DNA of 64,000 bases from Acidimicrobiia bacterium (GTDB taxonomy: Bacteria; Actinomycetota; Acidimicrobiia; Spongiisociales; ZC4RG35): contig OZ244034.1 in NCBI GenBank assembly GCA_965215185.1, positions 320,001 to 384,000 on the forward strand, in the 5' to 3' direction. Each line of letters starts with the position of its first letter. The first letter of the stretch is position 1. Below, one piece after another: positions 19,138 to 30,467 of this stretch. The notes under the pieces were generated by a model. The model was not told where the DNA came from and ran no database searches. It saw nothing but the letters and a program-made list of their open reading frames with translations. The position numbers and the translations under genes are program-made.

Positions 19138-22134
19138 ATGCGGTTTGTGGTCTTTGACTTGGAAGCAAATGCGGACCATCCCCACCCGGAGGGCCAGGAA
19201 ATTATCGAGATCGGTGCTTTGCTGGTGGAGGAAGAGGAGGTGGTCGACGAATTTGTGAGCTTGCTGGCACCCACCCCAGGTCGAAAGCTGGCTTCGCTGA
19301 CTGTCGATTTGACCGGCCTCACCGACGAAGACCTGAAAGGCGCTCCGGCCCGGACGCCCACCCTGGAGCGTTTTCTGGAATTCTGTGGCGATCTGCCGCT
19401 GGTGGCACACAATGGCAGCACTTACGATCTGCTGTTGCTCCTGGCCGAACTGGGGAGGTCGGGGTTGCCAGTGCCCCTGGGAAAGTCCCTTGATACCCTC
19501 GAGTTGGCTCACTTGGTGTTTCCCCGCGCCGGGAAAGAGTCAACTGCCGACATTTTGGGAAGAATGCCTCCCCGCTCCCGTCGCCTGACGGAACTGGCGG
19601 ACCACTATGGGGTCAAGGAAAACTGGGGGCCGGCTCATCGAGCCTTGTCCGATGCCCGGATGGTGTGGGGCGTAATGAGAGGGATGCTGGAAAACTTGAA
19701 CAGCGATGACCCCGCCCGGCGCGCCCAGCGATGGCTGCTGGAGGTCACCGATCACCCCTGGGCAATGTTTTGCCGGCCCGATGTGCGCAGCCTGGCAAAT
19801 GTCTATAGGCCCGATTTGGTGGAGATCATCCCCTTTACGCCGGCGTTGGTTGAAGAAAAGAGCCCGCCCATTTGGCCGCGCCAGGACGATGAAATCCAGG
19901 AGGAAGATGAGGAGGTACAAGTGGATCTCAATGATTTGGTTGCGCCCCTCACCGGGGGATGGGAGTTGATGGCCGAGGGAATGGAGCGTCGCCCCGCCCA
20001 GGAGAAGATGGCAATGCAAGTGGCCGCCGCTCTTGCCCACTCTGAGAACCTGATGGTGGAGGCGGCCACCGGCACCGGCAAGACCCTCGCCTATTTGGTT
20101 CCCGCCTGCCGGCTGGCCGAAGCATGTGACACCCAGGTGTTGATCTCGACTTACACCAAGGCTCTTCAGGATCAGGTCTGCCAAACCATTCTGGAATTAT
20201 CTCATCGTATGGCGCCGGTTCGCTGGACGGTGCTGAAAGGCCTGAGCAACTATGTGTCGGTGAGCGCCCTGGCTGACGAGTTGGCAATGGTCGATCCCAT
20301 GGAGTCCGGCCAGTTAGTGAACAATCCGCTCTTCCAGGATCAGATCGCTGAACCGGTTTCCGATCATCATTTCGGGCTGGCCTTGGCGGTGGTGGTTGGC
20401 TGGGCAGCGGAGACCCCCACCGGGGAATGGGACGATCTGCGGGATGGGTGGCTTAGAAGACACAACCCGACCATGTATCGGCTCCGTTCCCGGCTGTCCA
20501 TGACCGAATCACCGGGCCGGGCCCGCGGCGACTTGGAGAGGCGGTGCTTTTTTCGCCGGGCCTTGAAGCGGCTGTCCGAAGCGCAGATCGTTGTGGCCAA
20601 TCACACTTTGATGTTGGTTCGTGATCAGATGACTGCAGAGAGTCCCCACCTAGTGGTGGATGAGGCGCACGAGTTGGAGTCCGCTGCCCGGTCCGCCTTT
20701 ACCGGGACGGTGGGTGAAGGTAACCTGTGGCGGTTCCTCTCATCGGTCTACGGCACCAAGTCCTCCGCGAATCTGCTCTACCGGTATTTGCGCTCCCTTC
20801 CAGCCGGTCCGGCCCGCGACCGTGGTCAGGCCAGAGCGGAACAAGTATCCCAACACTGGCGCCGCTGCCAATCCCCCATCGAGGAGGTTCGGGAGGTCCT
20901 GATGGATTTCTTCCAGGATACGCGGGGGTGGTCGGGCGTTTGGAACGACGAGCCGTTCTCCTCCCGCATCACCAGGGTGGACCTCAACCGTTCAAGCTGG
21001 CAAACGGTGACCAAGACCCTGGAGGGTCTGGCCGAATCGGTCTGGTATCTGGGAGAGGCGGTTACGGCTCTGCCGGTCCCCGACCGTCTGGGCGGGGACC
21101 GATCTTCCCGGGAACTTAAGCGCCGGATCGCCCAGGTGGGCGGCGAAGCCAAAACCATCGCCGAGTTGCTGTACAAGTTGGTCAACATCGAGCCTGACGA
21201 CTTGTTGGAGGGGGCCTTCGTTTGCGATTTGAACCTTTGGGAGGAGAAATGGACCTGGGAGTTGCGGGCGGTTCCCCTGGAGGTGAATACCAAGCTGCAA
21301 GAGATATGGGACGAGAAAGAGTCAGTGGTGATGACCTCTGCCACTCTCACGGTGGCTGGCTCGTTCGACTACATAGCCACCGGTTTGGGCTTCGCGGAGA
21401 GTCGACAGGTGCTTTTGGAGAACCCTTTCCCGGATCTCGACCGTCAGATGTTGGTAATCATCCCCGGATATCTCCCCAACCCCAGCGGATCGAGTCTGGA
21501 AGAGTTCGCGGAGGCTTCCCAGGCGGAGATGGCTCGGCTGTTTGAGGTGAGCCAGGGTCGGGCCTTGGTCCTCTTCACCGCCAACGGGCGTATGCAACGG
21601 GCCTCTCAGTATTTGCAGGAGCGGCTTTTTCCCCGGTTTGCGGTGCTCTGCCAGGGCGAGGGCTCGGTGCCGGAGTTGACCGAGATCTTTCGCAATCCTT
21701 CCCAGCCCACCTGCCTGTTGGGAAGCGGAACCTTCTGGCAGGGCATAGATGTTCCCGGGGACGCCCTGAGTCTGCTGGTGATGGAGAAGCTTCCCTTCAA
21801 ATCACCCGATGACCCGGTGGTGGCTGCTCGACAAGAGGTAATCGCCCGCCGAGGCGGCCGACCATTCGACGACTACCTCCTTCCCGAGGCGGTGCTGGGA
21901 TTCCGGCAGGGCGCCGGTCGACTGATCCGCTCCCCCCGTGATCGAGGGGTATTGGTGGTGATGGACAAACGCCTGGGCTTTGCCCGCTATGCCTCCGCTT
22001 TCCTGGACAGCCTCACCGGCTCCCCTCCGGTGTTGAAAGCCGCCCTGCCCAATCAGTGTTATCAGGCCATTGCCCGACACTTGGGGGCGGAAACGGGTGC
22101 GATCAAATCGGACGGCGACGCCGGGAGGAAATGA
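19138..22134 (+). CDS. DEDDh 3'-5' exonuclease fused to DinG-family helicase
   Basis: VFDLE, AHNG..YD, HRALSDA; EAATGTGKT, DEAH, TSATL, FWQGIDVPG, KLPF, RQGAGRLIR. Confidence 0.9.
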   Translation: MRFVVFDLEANADHPHPEGQEIIEIGALLVEEEEVVDEFVSLLAPTPGRKLASLTVDLTGLTDEDLKGAPARTPTLERFLEFCGDLPLVAHNGSTYDLLLLLAELGRSGLPVPLGKSLDTLELAHLVFPRAGKESTADILGRMPPRSRRLTELADHYGVKENWGPAHRALSDARMVWGVMRGMLENLNSDDPARRAQRWLLEVTDHPWAMFCRPDVRSLANVYRPDLVEIIPFTPALVEEKSPPIWPRQDDEIQEEDEEVQVDLNDLVAPLTGGWELMAEGMERRPAQEKMAMQVAAALAHSENLMVEAATGTGKTLAYLVPACRLAEACDTQVLISTYTKALQDQVCQTILELSHRMAPVRWTVLKGLSNYVSVSALADELAMVDPMESGQLVNNPLFQDQIAEPVSDHHFGLALAVVVGWAAETPTGEWDDLRDGWLRRHNPTMYRLRSRLSMTESPGRARGDLERRCFFRRALKRLSEAQIVVANHTLMLVRDQMTAESPHLVVDEAHELESAARSAFTGTVGEGNLWRFLSSVYGTKSSANLLYRYLRSLPAGPARDRGQARAEQVSQHWRRCQSPIEEVREVLMDFFQDTRGWSGVWNDEPFSSRITRVDLNRSSWQTVTKTLEGLAESVWYLGEAVTALPVPDRLGGDRSSRELKRRIAQVGGEAKTIAELLYKLVNIEPDDLLEGAFVCDLNLWEEKWTWELRAVPLEVNTKLQEIWDEKESVVMTSATLTVAGSFDYIATGLGFAESRQVLLENPFPDLDRQMLVIIPGYLPNPSGSSLEEFAEASQAEMARLFEVSQGRALVLFTANGRMQRASQYLQERLFPRFAVLCQGEGSVPELTEIFRNPSQPTCLLGSGTFWQGIDVPGDALSLLVMEKLPFKSPDDPVVAARQEVIARRGGRPFDDYLLPEAVLGFRQGAGRLIRSPRDRGVLVVMDKRLGFARYASAFLDSLTGSPPVLKAALPNQCYQAIARHLGAETGAIKSDGDAGRK

Positions 22135-22585
22135 CGCCGGTATTGAAGCCGGCACAGTGCAGTCCGCCGGCGAACCGGGCGTGCTCTATTTTCAGGCAGC
22201 GATCCTGCACAACTTGCATTCCTGCCTCTCGGGCGCGCCGGGCGGCTTCCTCGTGGCGAAGCCCCAACTGGAACCAGACCACCTTGGCGCCGACTTCGAT
22301 AGCCTCCTCCACCACTGCGGGGAGTTGATCCTGGCGGCGGAACACGTCGACGATGTCGGGAGGCTCGGGAAGGTCGGCCAGGCTCGGGAAGGTGGGGATC
22401 CCCAGCACTTCGGAGTAGGCGGGGTTGACCGGGCGAACTATGTAGGGGGTGCGGACCAGGTAGGTGGCCACGAAATTAGAAGAGCGAAGCGGATTGGCGG
22501 AGACCCCCACCAACGCCACGCTGCGCGCTCGGCGGAGTATGGCTAACCGCTCGGCGGCGGTGGCGTCGTGAGCAAACTCAGACAC
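22103..22585 (-). CDS. CoA-binding protein (YccU-like)
   Basis: VALVGVSANPLRSSN, DIVDVFR, WFQLG, DRCLKIEH; coupled to metY. Confidence 0.88.
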   Translation of the reverse strand: MSEFAHDATAAERLAILRRARSVALVGVSANPLRSSNFVATYLVRTPYIVRPVNPAYSEVLGIPTFPSLADLPEPPDIVDVFRRQDQLPAVVEEAIEVGAKVVWFQLGLRHEEAARRAREAGMQVVQDRCLKIEHARFAGGLHCAGFNTGVISSRRRRPI

Positions 22586-23873
22586 GGGCGGCCTCCGACA
22601 GCGCACCGTCCAAGTCGGCCAGAATGTCCTCGATGTCTTCCAATCCCACTGAGATGCGGATGGTATCGTCCCCCACGCCTGCCGCGGCTCGGGCTTCGGG
22701 AGAGACCTGTTGGTGGGTGGTGGAGGCGGGATGGATCACCAGCGTCTTGGTATCGCCCACATTGGCCAGGTGACTGGCAAGGCGTACCGACTCGATGAAG
22801 CGCACGCCCGCCGCGTAACCCTTGTTGAGCCCGAAGGTGAACACGGCGCCCGGGCCAGCCGGGGTGTATTTTTCGACGAGTTCCCTCCCCGGACTGTCGG
22901 GAAATATCGGATAGCTCACCCACGACACGGCTGGATGCTCAGCCAAGAAGACCGCAACCTCCCGGGCGTTTTGGACATGACGTTCCATCCGCAGGGACAG
23001 GGTCTCCAGCCCCAATAGCAAGAAGAAAGAGTTGAAAGGGGAGATGGCGGCGCCCACGTCGCGCAGCAACTCGGCGCGTGCCTTGGTGAGGTAGGCGTAT
23101 TCGCGGAAATTCTCCCAGAAGCGCAGGCCGTGATAGGCGGGGGAAGGGTCGGTCAACACCCCGAACCGGCCGTTGTCCCACGGGAAAAGGCCCGACTCCA
23201 CGATCACTCCCGCGATCACCACCCCATGTCCACCGATGAATTTGGTGGCCGAGTGGACCACTACGTCCGCTCCCCACTCGAAGGGCCGGCATAGCCAGGG
23301 GGAGGCGAAGGTGTTGTCGATCATCAGGGGGATCCCGTGGTGGTGGGCGAGCTCTGCGATCGGCTCGATGTCCAAGATATCCCCTCGGGGATTGCCGATC
23401 GTTTCTCCGTACACCAGCTTGGTTCGATCGGTTATGGCCTCTTCGATGTTCTCCAACCGGGAGGCGTCCACGAAGGTGGTGTGGATTCCCATGCGCCGAA
23501 GCGTGACGTCGAATTGGGTGATGGTGCCGCCATACAGGTTGCGGGCTGCCACGATCTCATCGCCTTCTTGACAGAGCGTGAGCACCGCCACCAACTGGGC
23601 AGCCTGTCCCGAAGCGGTGGCCAGTCCCCCCAAACCGCCTTCGAGCGAGGCTATCCGCTCCTCAAAGGCGGCGGTGGTGGGGTTGCTGATCCGTGTGTAG
23701 ATGTCCCCGTAGTTCTGGAGAGCAAACAGGTCGGCAGCCGACTGAGCGTCCTCGAAGACGAAGGAACTGGTGGCGTAGATGGGCATGGCTCGGGCCCCGG
23801 TCTCGGGGTCGGGTCGTTGTCCGGCGTGTATGGAGCGGGTGGCAAAACCCGCCAAGTATTCAGAAAAGGCCAC
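22578..23873 (-). CDS. metY: O-acetylhomoserine aminocarboxypropyltransferase
   Basis: YTRISNPT, ASGQAA, HSATKFIGGHG PLP lysine, HLANVGD; GTG at 23873 preferred over the ORF start. Confidence 0.92.
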   Translation of the reverse strand: MAFSEYLAGFATRSIHAGQRPDPETGARAMPIYATSSFVFEDAQSAADLFALQNYGDIYTRISNPTTAAFEERIASLEGGLGGLATASGQAAQLVAVLTLCQEGDEIVAARNLYGGTITQFDVTLRRMGIHTTFVDASRLENIEEAITDRTKLVYGETIGNPRGDILDIEPIAELAHHHGIPLMIDNTFASPWLCRPFEWGADVVVHSATKFIGGHGVVIAGVIVESGLFPWDNGRFGVLTDPSPAYHGLRFWENFREYAYLTKARAELLRDVGAAISPFNSFFLLLGLETLSLRMERHVQNAREVAVFLAEHPAVSWVSYPIFPDSPGRELVEKYTPAGPGAVFTFGLNKGYAAGVRFIESVRLASHLANVGDTKTLVIHPASTTHQQVSPEARAAAGVGDDTIRISVGLEDIEDILADLDGALSEAARV

Positions 23874-23931
23874 GGGCCGGAGTTTAGGGACTTTCGCCCA
23901 CCCCCGACCCGCGGCTGGGGCGGTTGATTGG

Positions 23932-24213
23932 CTACTGGTCGTTGTGGCTGGCCACCGGGTTCTTACGAGGCCGGGACGAGGCCGCAACCGGGATGTTGAG
24001 AATCAGAACGCCGTTTTCATAGCTGCTGGTCGTCTCTGAAATGTCGAGGTCGTTTCCAATTACGAACTTGCGGCGAAAGCTCCCACTGGGGCGTTCCACG
24101 AAGAAAACGCGAGCGTTCTCCGGGCGGGCGCTGGCGGTGTCCCTATGGGCGGAGACGGTGAGGGTGTTCTTGGACACCTCCACATCAATCAACTCGGGGT
24201 CCATCCCCGGCAT
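23932..24213 (-). pseudogene. Hsp20/alpha-crystallin protein with lost or eroded N-terminus
   Basis: MPGMDP, ERPSGSFRR, YENGVL; an in-frame stop lies shortly upstream, so the usual N-terminal part is missing. Confidence 0.65.
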
Positions 24214-24304
24214 GAACCAGAGAAGTGAGACTTCTCTCTTCCCTGAAATGGATCGATTGAGGCAGTCGCTGTTGCCTCAGGAAGAAAACAGAAGCAATGT
24301 GGGT

Positions 24305-24880
24305 TCAGCGGGGGATGGTGGTGTGTTTGTATTCGTTAAGCCGGTTCCAGGAGAGGAGATCGAGAGCCCGATCGAGGTCGTCCAGGCGGCCTTGCTCCAT
24401 GAAGCGGATGAACACGGCCTGATCTTCGGTTATGAAGGTGGGTACCCCGAAGGCCATCCAATCTTCAACACTTTTCATGTGTTCCCCGGCGATCTTGCAT
24501 AGGGGCTCCCCGGTAGCGACCACCCTCGCCACTGCGTCGGGGTCGCATCCGGCGCTGGCCACTGCATCTGCCAGCACCGCGGTGTCCTTGAGATCGAGTC
24601 CATGGTCGTGTCGGGCCGCGAACAGGGCAAGGTGGGCTTCTCCGAACTGCTGCGGCCAGTGGTCGCGGATAGCCACCCCCCATTGCAGGGCTTCGAGGCC
24701 CGACTGTCCCGCAGGGTTGTACCAGACTGCTGTGTCTTCCTCGCTGGTGTGGGCCTGGGCGAGGGAGAAGGCCAGGAAGTCGACTTTCCAGGGTCTGCCC
24801 TCCTGCAGACCTCTCACCACCGCTTCATGAGCGTTGCGGGCAAAGGGGCAAAGGTAGTCGAAGGTGATTCCGAATTTCAT
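24305..24880 (-). CDS. DsbA/thioredoxin-fold protein
   Basis: FDYLCPF and FGVPTF motifs. Confidence 0.75.
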   Translation of the reverse strand: MKFGITFDYLCPFARNAHEAVVRGLQEGRPWKVDFLAFSLAQAHTSEEDTAVWYNPAGQSGLEALQWGVAIRDHWPQQFGEAHLALFAARHDHGLDLKDTAVLADAVASAGCDPDAVARVVATGEPLCKIAGEHMKSVEDWMAFGVPTFITEDQAVFIRFMEQGRLDDLDRALDLLSWNRLNEYKHTTIPR

Positions 24881-24895
24881 CTCTTTGGTTCTCCT

Positions 24896-26134
24896 TCAAT
24901 CCCACACGTAGGGTTCGGGTACGAATCCGGGGTTGAAACGTCCTATTTCGGCTCTTGCCACCGCCCGCTTGTGCACTTCGTCAGGTCCGTCGGCCATCTG
25001 TAGCCAGCGGCCCATAGCGTAAAATGAGGCGAGAGGGAAATGGTCGGTGAAGCCTGCCCCTCCGAACACCTGAATGGCCCGGTCGGCCACATAGCAGAGG
25101 GTCTCGGGCACCACCACCTTGATGGCTGAGATCTCCACCCGGGCTGCTTTAACTCCCACCTTGTCGATCATCCACGCGGTCTTCAATACCAGTAGCCTGG
25201 CCTGCTCGATCCTCATGCGCGACTCGGCAATCCATTCCCGGACCACACCCTGTTGGGCGACGGTCTTCCGGAAGGCGGTCCGTGCCTTGGCGCGGCTTAC
25301 CATCATGGCAAAGCACCGTTCGGCTGCTCCGATGGCCCGCATGCAATGGTGGATACGCCCCGGTCCCAGTCGGGCTTGGGCTATGGCAAAACCCGATCCC
25401 TCCGATCCCAAGAGGTTCTCGGCCGGCACCCGCACCCGGTTGTAGTGGATGGTGACGTGGCCCCCTCGGTGCTGATATCCGTACACAGTGGGAGTTTCTT
25501 CGATTATCACTCCCGGGCTGTCCAGTGGTACCAGGATCATGCTTTGCCGCCGATAGGGATCGGCGTCGGGATCGGTGACTCCCATCACAATGGCCACCTT
25601 GGCCCGCGGAGAGGCGCCGCCCGAGGAGAACCACTTACGTCCCCTGATCACATAGTGATCCCCATCTCTTTCAATGCGGGTGCGGATATTGCGGGCGTCG
25701 CTGGAGGCGACATCGGGCTCGGTCATCGAAAAGATCGAGCGGATCTTTCCGTCCAGCAATGGGTGTAGCCAGCGTTCCTGCTGATAAGGGGTTCCGAACA
25801 TGTGGAGTATCTCCATGTTTCCCGTGTCCGGCGCCGAGCAGTTGATGGCCTCGGGAGCGATTTCGGGGCTGTGTCCGGTTATCTCGGCCAGGGGAGCGTA
25901 TTCGGAGACGGTAAGCCCTCCACCCAATTCGGAATCGGGCAGGAACAGGTTCCACAGTCCCTGGGCGCGGGCTGCTGATTTGAGGTCCTCTATGACCTGG
26001 GGATGGTGATGAGGATTGCCGGAGTCCTTGATCTGTTGTTCATACAGAGGTTCTGACGGGATCACCCGCTCCTCGACAAATGTCGAGAGTTTTTTTCGGA
26101 GGGCCTCAACCTTTGGTGTGTAAGCAAAATCCAT
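24896..26134 (-). CDS. Acyl-CoA dehydrogenase (ACAD10/11-like)
   Basis: NCSAPDTGNME, MTEPDVASSDA, RLGPGRIHHCMR, ADGPDEVH. Confidence 0.92.
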   Translation of the reverse strand: MDFAYTPKVEALRKKLSTFVEERVIPSEPLYEQQIKDSGNPHHHPQVIEDLKSAARAQGLWNLFLPDSELGGGLTVSEYAPLAEITGHSPEIAPEAINCSAPDTGNMEILHMFGTPYQQERWLHPLLDGKIRSIFSMTEPDVASSDARNIRTRIERDGDHYVIRGRKWFSSGGASPRAKVAIVMGVTDPDADPYRRQSMILVPLDSPGVIIEETPTVYGYQHRGGHVTIHYNRVRVPAENLLGSEGSGFAIAQARLGPGRIHHCMRAIGAAERCFAMMVSRAKARTAFRKTVAQQGVVREWIAESRMRIEQARLLVLKTAWMIDKVGVKAARVEISAIKVVVPETLCYVADRAIQVFGGAGFTDHFPLASFYAMGRWLQMADGPDEVHKRAVARAEIGRFNPGFVPEPYVWD

Positions 26135-26372
26135 ATCCCTGATACATTATCGGGAATTAGGGGTGACCCGACCCGTCACGGGCCACTGGAGAATGTCAGG
26201 AGGAAGCTCTAAAGGGAGGCTTGGAGTGTGGTGTTACCGGGTTTTGGAGGGGGATGCGTATTTCTACGCGTAAATTGTTGAGGTTCCACCGGCAAAGCTG
26301 CTGACCAGCCTGCCCGTGGAACCTTGATGAATCCGCCGGTACTGTCCTCTCAGGGAGGAGAGGGCCGCGCAG

Positions 26373-27029
26373 TTAGTCCTGCTTGGGAATGATCTTATCC
26401 CACCACCTTCGCGCGGCGGGGATACCGCCCACGCCGAAGGCGATGGCAAGGGATACCCCCACTGTGCCGACGATGGCGATGAACAGGGTGTTTACGATCT
26501 CCTCGGCGATGTTCAGGGTGTTCAGAGCAGCAAGTGCACCGAAGCCGACCACCATCCAGCGCGCCACTTCGGGCAGCCAGCGTATGCTGTGATCCTGTGA
26601 CCAAGGAGTCGAAACCTCGGCGATAAAAGCGCCGATGGCCGCGGCCACGATCACAATGATGATCGCCACCACTATCAAAGGCAGATAGGAGATAAGCGCA
26701 GTCAGCAGGTCGCTCAGGTTATCCACTTCCAGCGTTTGTGCGGCGAGCAGCAGCACCACCAGCAAGGTGGCCCAGTAGATAACGCGGGCTACCAGATCCG
26801 TGGCGGTGATGCCGGCGGCCTTGATCCGCTCAGCGAGCCCCGCACGTTCCAGTATCCGGTCCAAGCCGACCCCCTGCAGAAGCCGGGCAGCCCCCCGGTG
26901 GATGACCCGGGCGGCTATCCAACCAACAAAGAGAATTAAGAGGGCCCCTAAGAACTTGGGGACGAATGTGATGACATCTTGCCATGCCTCTTCAAGGCCG
27001 TCTGAGATGCCATCAAGAAAGTCACTCAT
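26373..27029 (-). CDS. CmpX-like membrane protein (mechanosensitive-channel TM helix repeats)
   Basis: VPKFLGALLILFVGW and YLPLIVVA repeats; C-terminal AIAFGVGG. Confidence 0.7.
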   Translation of the reverse strand: MSDFLDGISDGLEEAWQDVITFVPKFLGALLILFVGWIAARVIHRGAARLLQGVGLDRILERAGLAERIKAAGITATDLVARVIYWATLLVVLLLAAQTLEVDNLSDLLTALISYLPLIVVAIIIVIVAAAIGAFIAEVSTPWSQDHSIRWLPEVARWMVVGFGALAALNTLNIAEEIVNTLFIAIVGTVGVSLAIAFGVGGIPAARRWWDKIIPKQD

Positions 27030-27304
27030 CAGAGAGCAATCCTTTCGATAGTGGGGAAACGCCTTACTGGGTTCCCCTGTAACAGATACCTATTCATTGT
27101 AGTTGCCAAGGATCCTGTCAGGCGTCGATGTTGCGTTTCCTTGCTGTGGGCCGACCCGCCTCCCGGAGTGGATGCGATTAGGAGGACCATGACCAACATT
27201 TGGAACAATGTGGTCGTGGCTGAGGGATTCCGAGTCGAAACGTCTTGAACCGAAACCGGAAGAGTCGCGCTTTTGGAAGTTCAAGGTGATCCGTAAGGAA
27301 AGGC

Positions 27305-28057
27305 TTATTGGTTCAAATGGTCTGGACGATGGTCGCGACCTGAGGGAGGAGGATGGAGTAGAAAGTGCTCGGAGGGGGGTGGAGCCATGGGAGGACGGGG
27401 CTTCGGCGTGACCGCCAGGAGACGTCGCACTTCCATGATGAGCATGTAGACGGCAAACAAACCGGCTATCGGGAAGTCCAGGCGAAAAGCCAGCAGTGCG
27501 GCGGCCGTCGACGAACATAGGAAAAACACGTTGGTGATTCTGTCGGAGCGTCTCGGCCACACCACATCAATGACTGCTTGAAAGATGTGGCCTCCGTCCA
27601 GGAGACGTACGGGTAGCCAATTGATCAGGCCCCAGCCCAGATTCACCCACACTATCCAGCCCAGGGTGAGAGAGAGCAGGTCTGTGCCGGGTCCTACCAG
27701 CTTCCACAGCGGGTAGGCGGCTGCGCCCACCACCAGCCCCAGTGCCGACCCGGCCGCGGCAATAGCGGCTCGCCGAATGGGGGTGATCTGCCGGGCGCCG
27801 GGCTTCCAGGAGGTGAGACCCCCCAGGGCCCACAACTCCATGGACACCGTCGCTCCGAAACGCCGGGCCAACAGGGCGTGTCCCAGTTCATGGATGATCA
27901 CCGACACCACCACCACCGCCACCCAGATTCCCAGCCTTCCGAGCAGCATTAGCGGGTCGACGGTGACGTTGCGGACCAGCGGCATCCCCAACAGACATAT
28001 CACTATCACGAAGGAGAGCTTGACCCGAAGCGGGATGCCGAGCAGTCTCACGGTCAC
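27305..28057 (-). CDS. Site-2 protease (M50 family)
   Basis: HELGH zinc motif, NWLPVRLLDGG; start uncertain. Confidence 0.85.
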   Translation of the reverse strand: MTVRLLGIPLRVKLSFVIVICLLGMPLVRNVTVDPLMLLGRLGIWVAVVVVSVIIHELGHALLARRFGATVSMELWALGGLTSWKPGARQITPIRRAAIAAAGSALGLVVGAAAYPLWKLVGPGTDLLSLTLGWIVWVNLGWGLINWLPVRLLDGGHIFQAVIDVVWPRRSDRITNVFFLCSSTAAALLAFRLDFPIAGLFAVYMLIMEVRRLLAVTPKPRPPMAPPPSEHFLLHPPPSGRDHRPDHLNQ

Positions 28058-28269
28058 TGTGATCCCCAATGATGGCTGGACGCTGAGGCTATACCAACCG
28101 GTTTGGTATGAGTAATCTTGCCGGTTGTGAGAAGCCAAGCAATGGGAGGGCGTGGTCCCGGCCGGCCTGCAGGTGGCTGTCCGACCCGGTCACTCCCCAG
28201 CGTCATGAGCTACCGGTGGGTGAGGGAGGAATACTCATTACCGATAGAGATTTCAGGAGTATTCCATTA

Positions 28270-29631
28270 ATGAGCCAGGATTTGACGTCACACCAGGATT
28301 TGCGGGATGCCGTAGCATCCTTTTTTCCTGATCTGGTTCAGGATCTAGCGGGATTGGTCGCCATTCCTTCGATCAGCGCGTCCGGGTTCGACCCCGGTGA
28401 GGTGAGACGATCAGCGCAGGAATGTGCCCGTCTTTTGACCGAATCCGGGTACCAGGACGTCCGGTTGTTGGAGATAGAAGACGCCCATCCCGCCGTTTAC
28501 GGTCATATTCCCGGCCCCGAAGGCGCCCCTGCCGTTCTCCTCTACGCCCATTATGATGTCCAGCCGGTCGGCGATCTCCAGGTGTGGGAGACCGATCCGT
28601 TCGATCCGGTGGTGAAGGGAGGCCGGATGTACGGTCGAGGGACATCCGACGACAAATGCGGAGTGATCGTTCATTCGGGTGCCGCCCGGGCCTTCGGCGG
28701 ATCGCCGCCGGTGGGGATGAAAGTGTTTCTGGAGGGCGAGGAGGAGATCGGCTCGCCCAATCTGGCTGCCTTTTTGGATCGGTATGGGGATGAGTTGGCG
28801 GCCGATGTGGTGGTGATAGCTGACTCCAGCAATTGGGGAGTGGGGATTCCCGCCATCACCACCTCGCTTCGGGGATTGGTGGGTTGTGTGGTGGAAGTGC
28901 GGACTGCTCGGGTGGGAGGACATTCAGGATCCTTCGGGGGCTTGTTTCCAGACGCATTGATCACGCTGGCGCGCCTTCTGTCCACCCTTCACGACGATGA
29001 GGGAGCGGTGGCGGTGAAGGGACTGGTCCGAAACGAGGCTCCGGATCTGGAGGTACCGGTGGAGAAGCTGGCGCAGGAGTTGGGGGCCGTCGACGGTCTT
29101 CACACCATAGGAAGCGGTTCGGCCGCCTCTCGGCTGTGGACCAAGCCGGCCATCTCGGTGCTGGCGGTGGATGCCCCCCGGATGTCGGAGGCTATAAACC
29201 TGTTGGTCCCCGTGGCCCGGGCCAAGGTGAGCATGCGCATCGCCCCGGGTCAGGATCCCGCTTTGGCCAGCCAGGCCCTGCAGCGACATCTGATGCAATA
29301 CTTGCCGTGGGGTGCGCAGTTGACGGTGAGTTTCGGGGAGGAGGCCGAGGGTTTCCTTCAGGTCTCCCAGCATGCGGCCATCGATGCCTGGCGTCAGGGT
29401 CTGGAGGTCGCCTGGGGTGTTTCTCCTGTTGAAATGGGGCAGGGTGGAACCATCCCTTTCCTGGCGTTCTTTGCCAAGAAGTTTCCCCAAGCTCCGCTGT
29501 TGCTGGCCGGCATCGGGGATCCCACCTCGGCGCATCATGCTCCCAACGAGAGCCAGGATCTGGGGGAACTGGAGAAAGTGATAGTGGCCGAGGCGGTGGC
29601 GCTGAGGATCCTGGGGACGGGTTCCCTCTAA
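28270..29631 (+). CDS. M20 family dipeptidase
   Basis: [27 protein letters not shown]. Confidence 0.9.
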   Translation: MSQDLTSHQDLRDAVASFFPDLVQDLAGLVAIPSISASGFDPGEVRRSAQECARLLTESGYQDVRLLEIEDAHPAVYGHIPGPEGAPAVLLYAHYDVQPVGDLQVWETDPFDPVVKGGRMYGRGTSDDKCGVIVHSGAARAFGGSPPVGMKVFLEGEEEIGSPNLAAFLDRYGDELAADVVVIADSSNWGVGIPAITTSLRGLVGCVVEVRTARVGGHSGSFGGLFPDALITLARLLSTLHDDEGAVAVKGLVRNEAPDLEVPVEKLAQELGAVDGLHTIGSGSAASRLWTKPAISVLAVDAPRMSEAINLLVPVARAKVSMRIAPGQDPALASQALQRHLMQYLPWGAQLTVSFGEEAEGFLQVSQHAAIDAWRQGLEVAWGVSPVEMGQGGTIPFLAFFAKKFPQAPLLLAGIGDPTSAHHAPNESQDLGELEKVIVAEAVALRILGTGSL

Positions 29632-29633
29632 CC

Positions 29634-30293
29634 ATGCGGCTGGTGATCGCCGACTGCACGGTGGACTACCATGGGCGGCTCGACGCTCATCTTCCCCGCT
29701 CCCGGCGGCTGATCATGATCAAAGCGGATGGGTGCGTGGCGGTGCATGCCGACGGGGGCGCCTACAAACCCCTCAATTGGATGGCAGCCCCCAATAACTT
29801 GGAGGAAGGGGAAGGTCTTTGGCTGGTAACCAATCCCAAGGGGGAGAGATTGGAGATCACAATCCATGAGGTGTGGTCAGATGACACCCATGACCTGGGG
29901 ATCGACCCCGGCTTGGAGAAGGACGGGGTGGAAATGCATCTACAAGAGCTACTGGCGGAGAATCCTGAAGTGATCGAGCAAGGCCTGAAGCTGATCCGCC
30001 GGGAATATCCCACCGCTATCGGACCCATCGATCTGCTGTGCGCCGATCCCGAAGGAGGCACGGTGGCGGTGGAGGTAAAGCGCCGGGGGGAGATATCGGG
30101 AGTGGAGCAGTTGACCAGGTACATAACCCAGCTGAGGCTGGATCCGAGGCTGACGCCGGTGCGTGGAGTGCTGGTGGCCACCTCTGTGACTCCCCAGGCG
30201 CGGGTGCTGGCCGAATCCCGTTTGCTGGGGGTGCGGGAAGTGGACTACCAGTTACTTCGCGATCCGGATTCGGGAACGCCCCGGCTTTTTTGA
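29634..30293 (+). CDS. nucS: Mismatch-specific endonuclease NucS
   Basis: [43 protein letters not shown]. Confidence 0.95.
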   Translation: MRLVIADCTVDYHGRLDAHLPRSRRLIMIKADGCVAVHADGGAYKPLNWMAAPNNLEEGEGLWLVTNPKGERLEITIHEVWSDDTHDLGIDPGLEKDGVEMHLQELLAENPEVIEQGLKLIRREYPTAIGPIDLLCADPEGGTVAVEVKRRGEISGVEQLTRYITQLRLDPRLTPVRGVLVATSVTPQARVLAESRLLGVREVDYQLLRDPDSGTPRLF

Positions 30294-30306
30294 CCATTAC
30301 CATGGA

Positions 30307-30407
30307 GGGAGCAGACACGGGAGCTCGGTGAAATCGGGCTGAGAGGGAGGATTTGATCCTCCGACCGTTAGCACCTGATCCGGGTAATGCCGGCGAAGGA
30401 AGCTTTC
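30307..30407 (+). promoter_or_regulatory. TPP riboswitch
   Basis: GGGAGC..GGGCTGAGAG..GACCG..ACCTGATCCGGGTAATGCCGGCGAAGGA consensus upstream of thiB. Confidence 0.93.
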
Positions 30408-30467
30408 GTTGGTCACAAACTTCGGGTTTCTCGGGGCTCCCCATCAAAGAAGTAAGGAGCGCCGTTC

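Noticed and set aside
19138-22134. Type IV CRISPR CasDinG or defence system
   Set aside because: No cas genes, array or defence partners nearby
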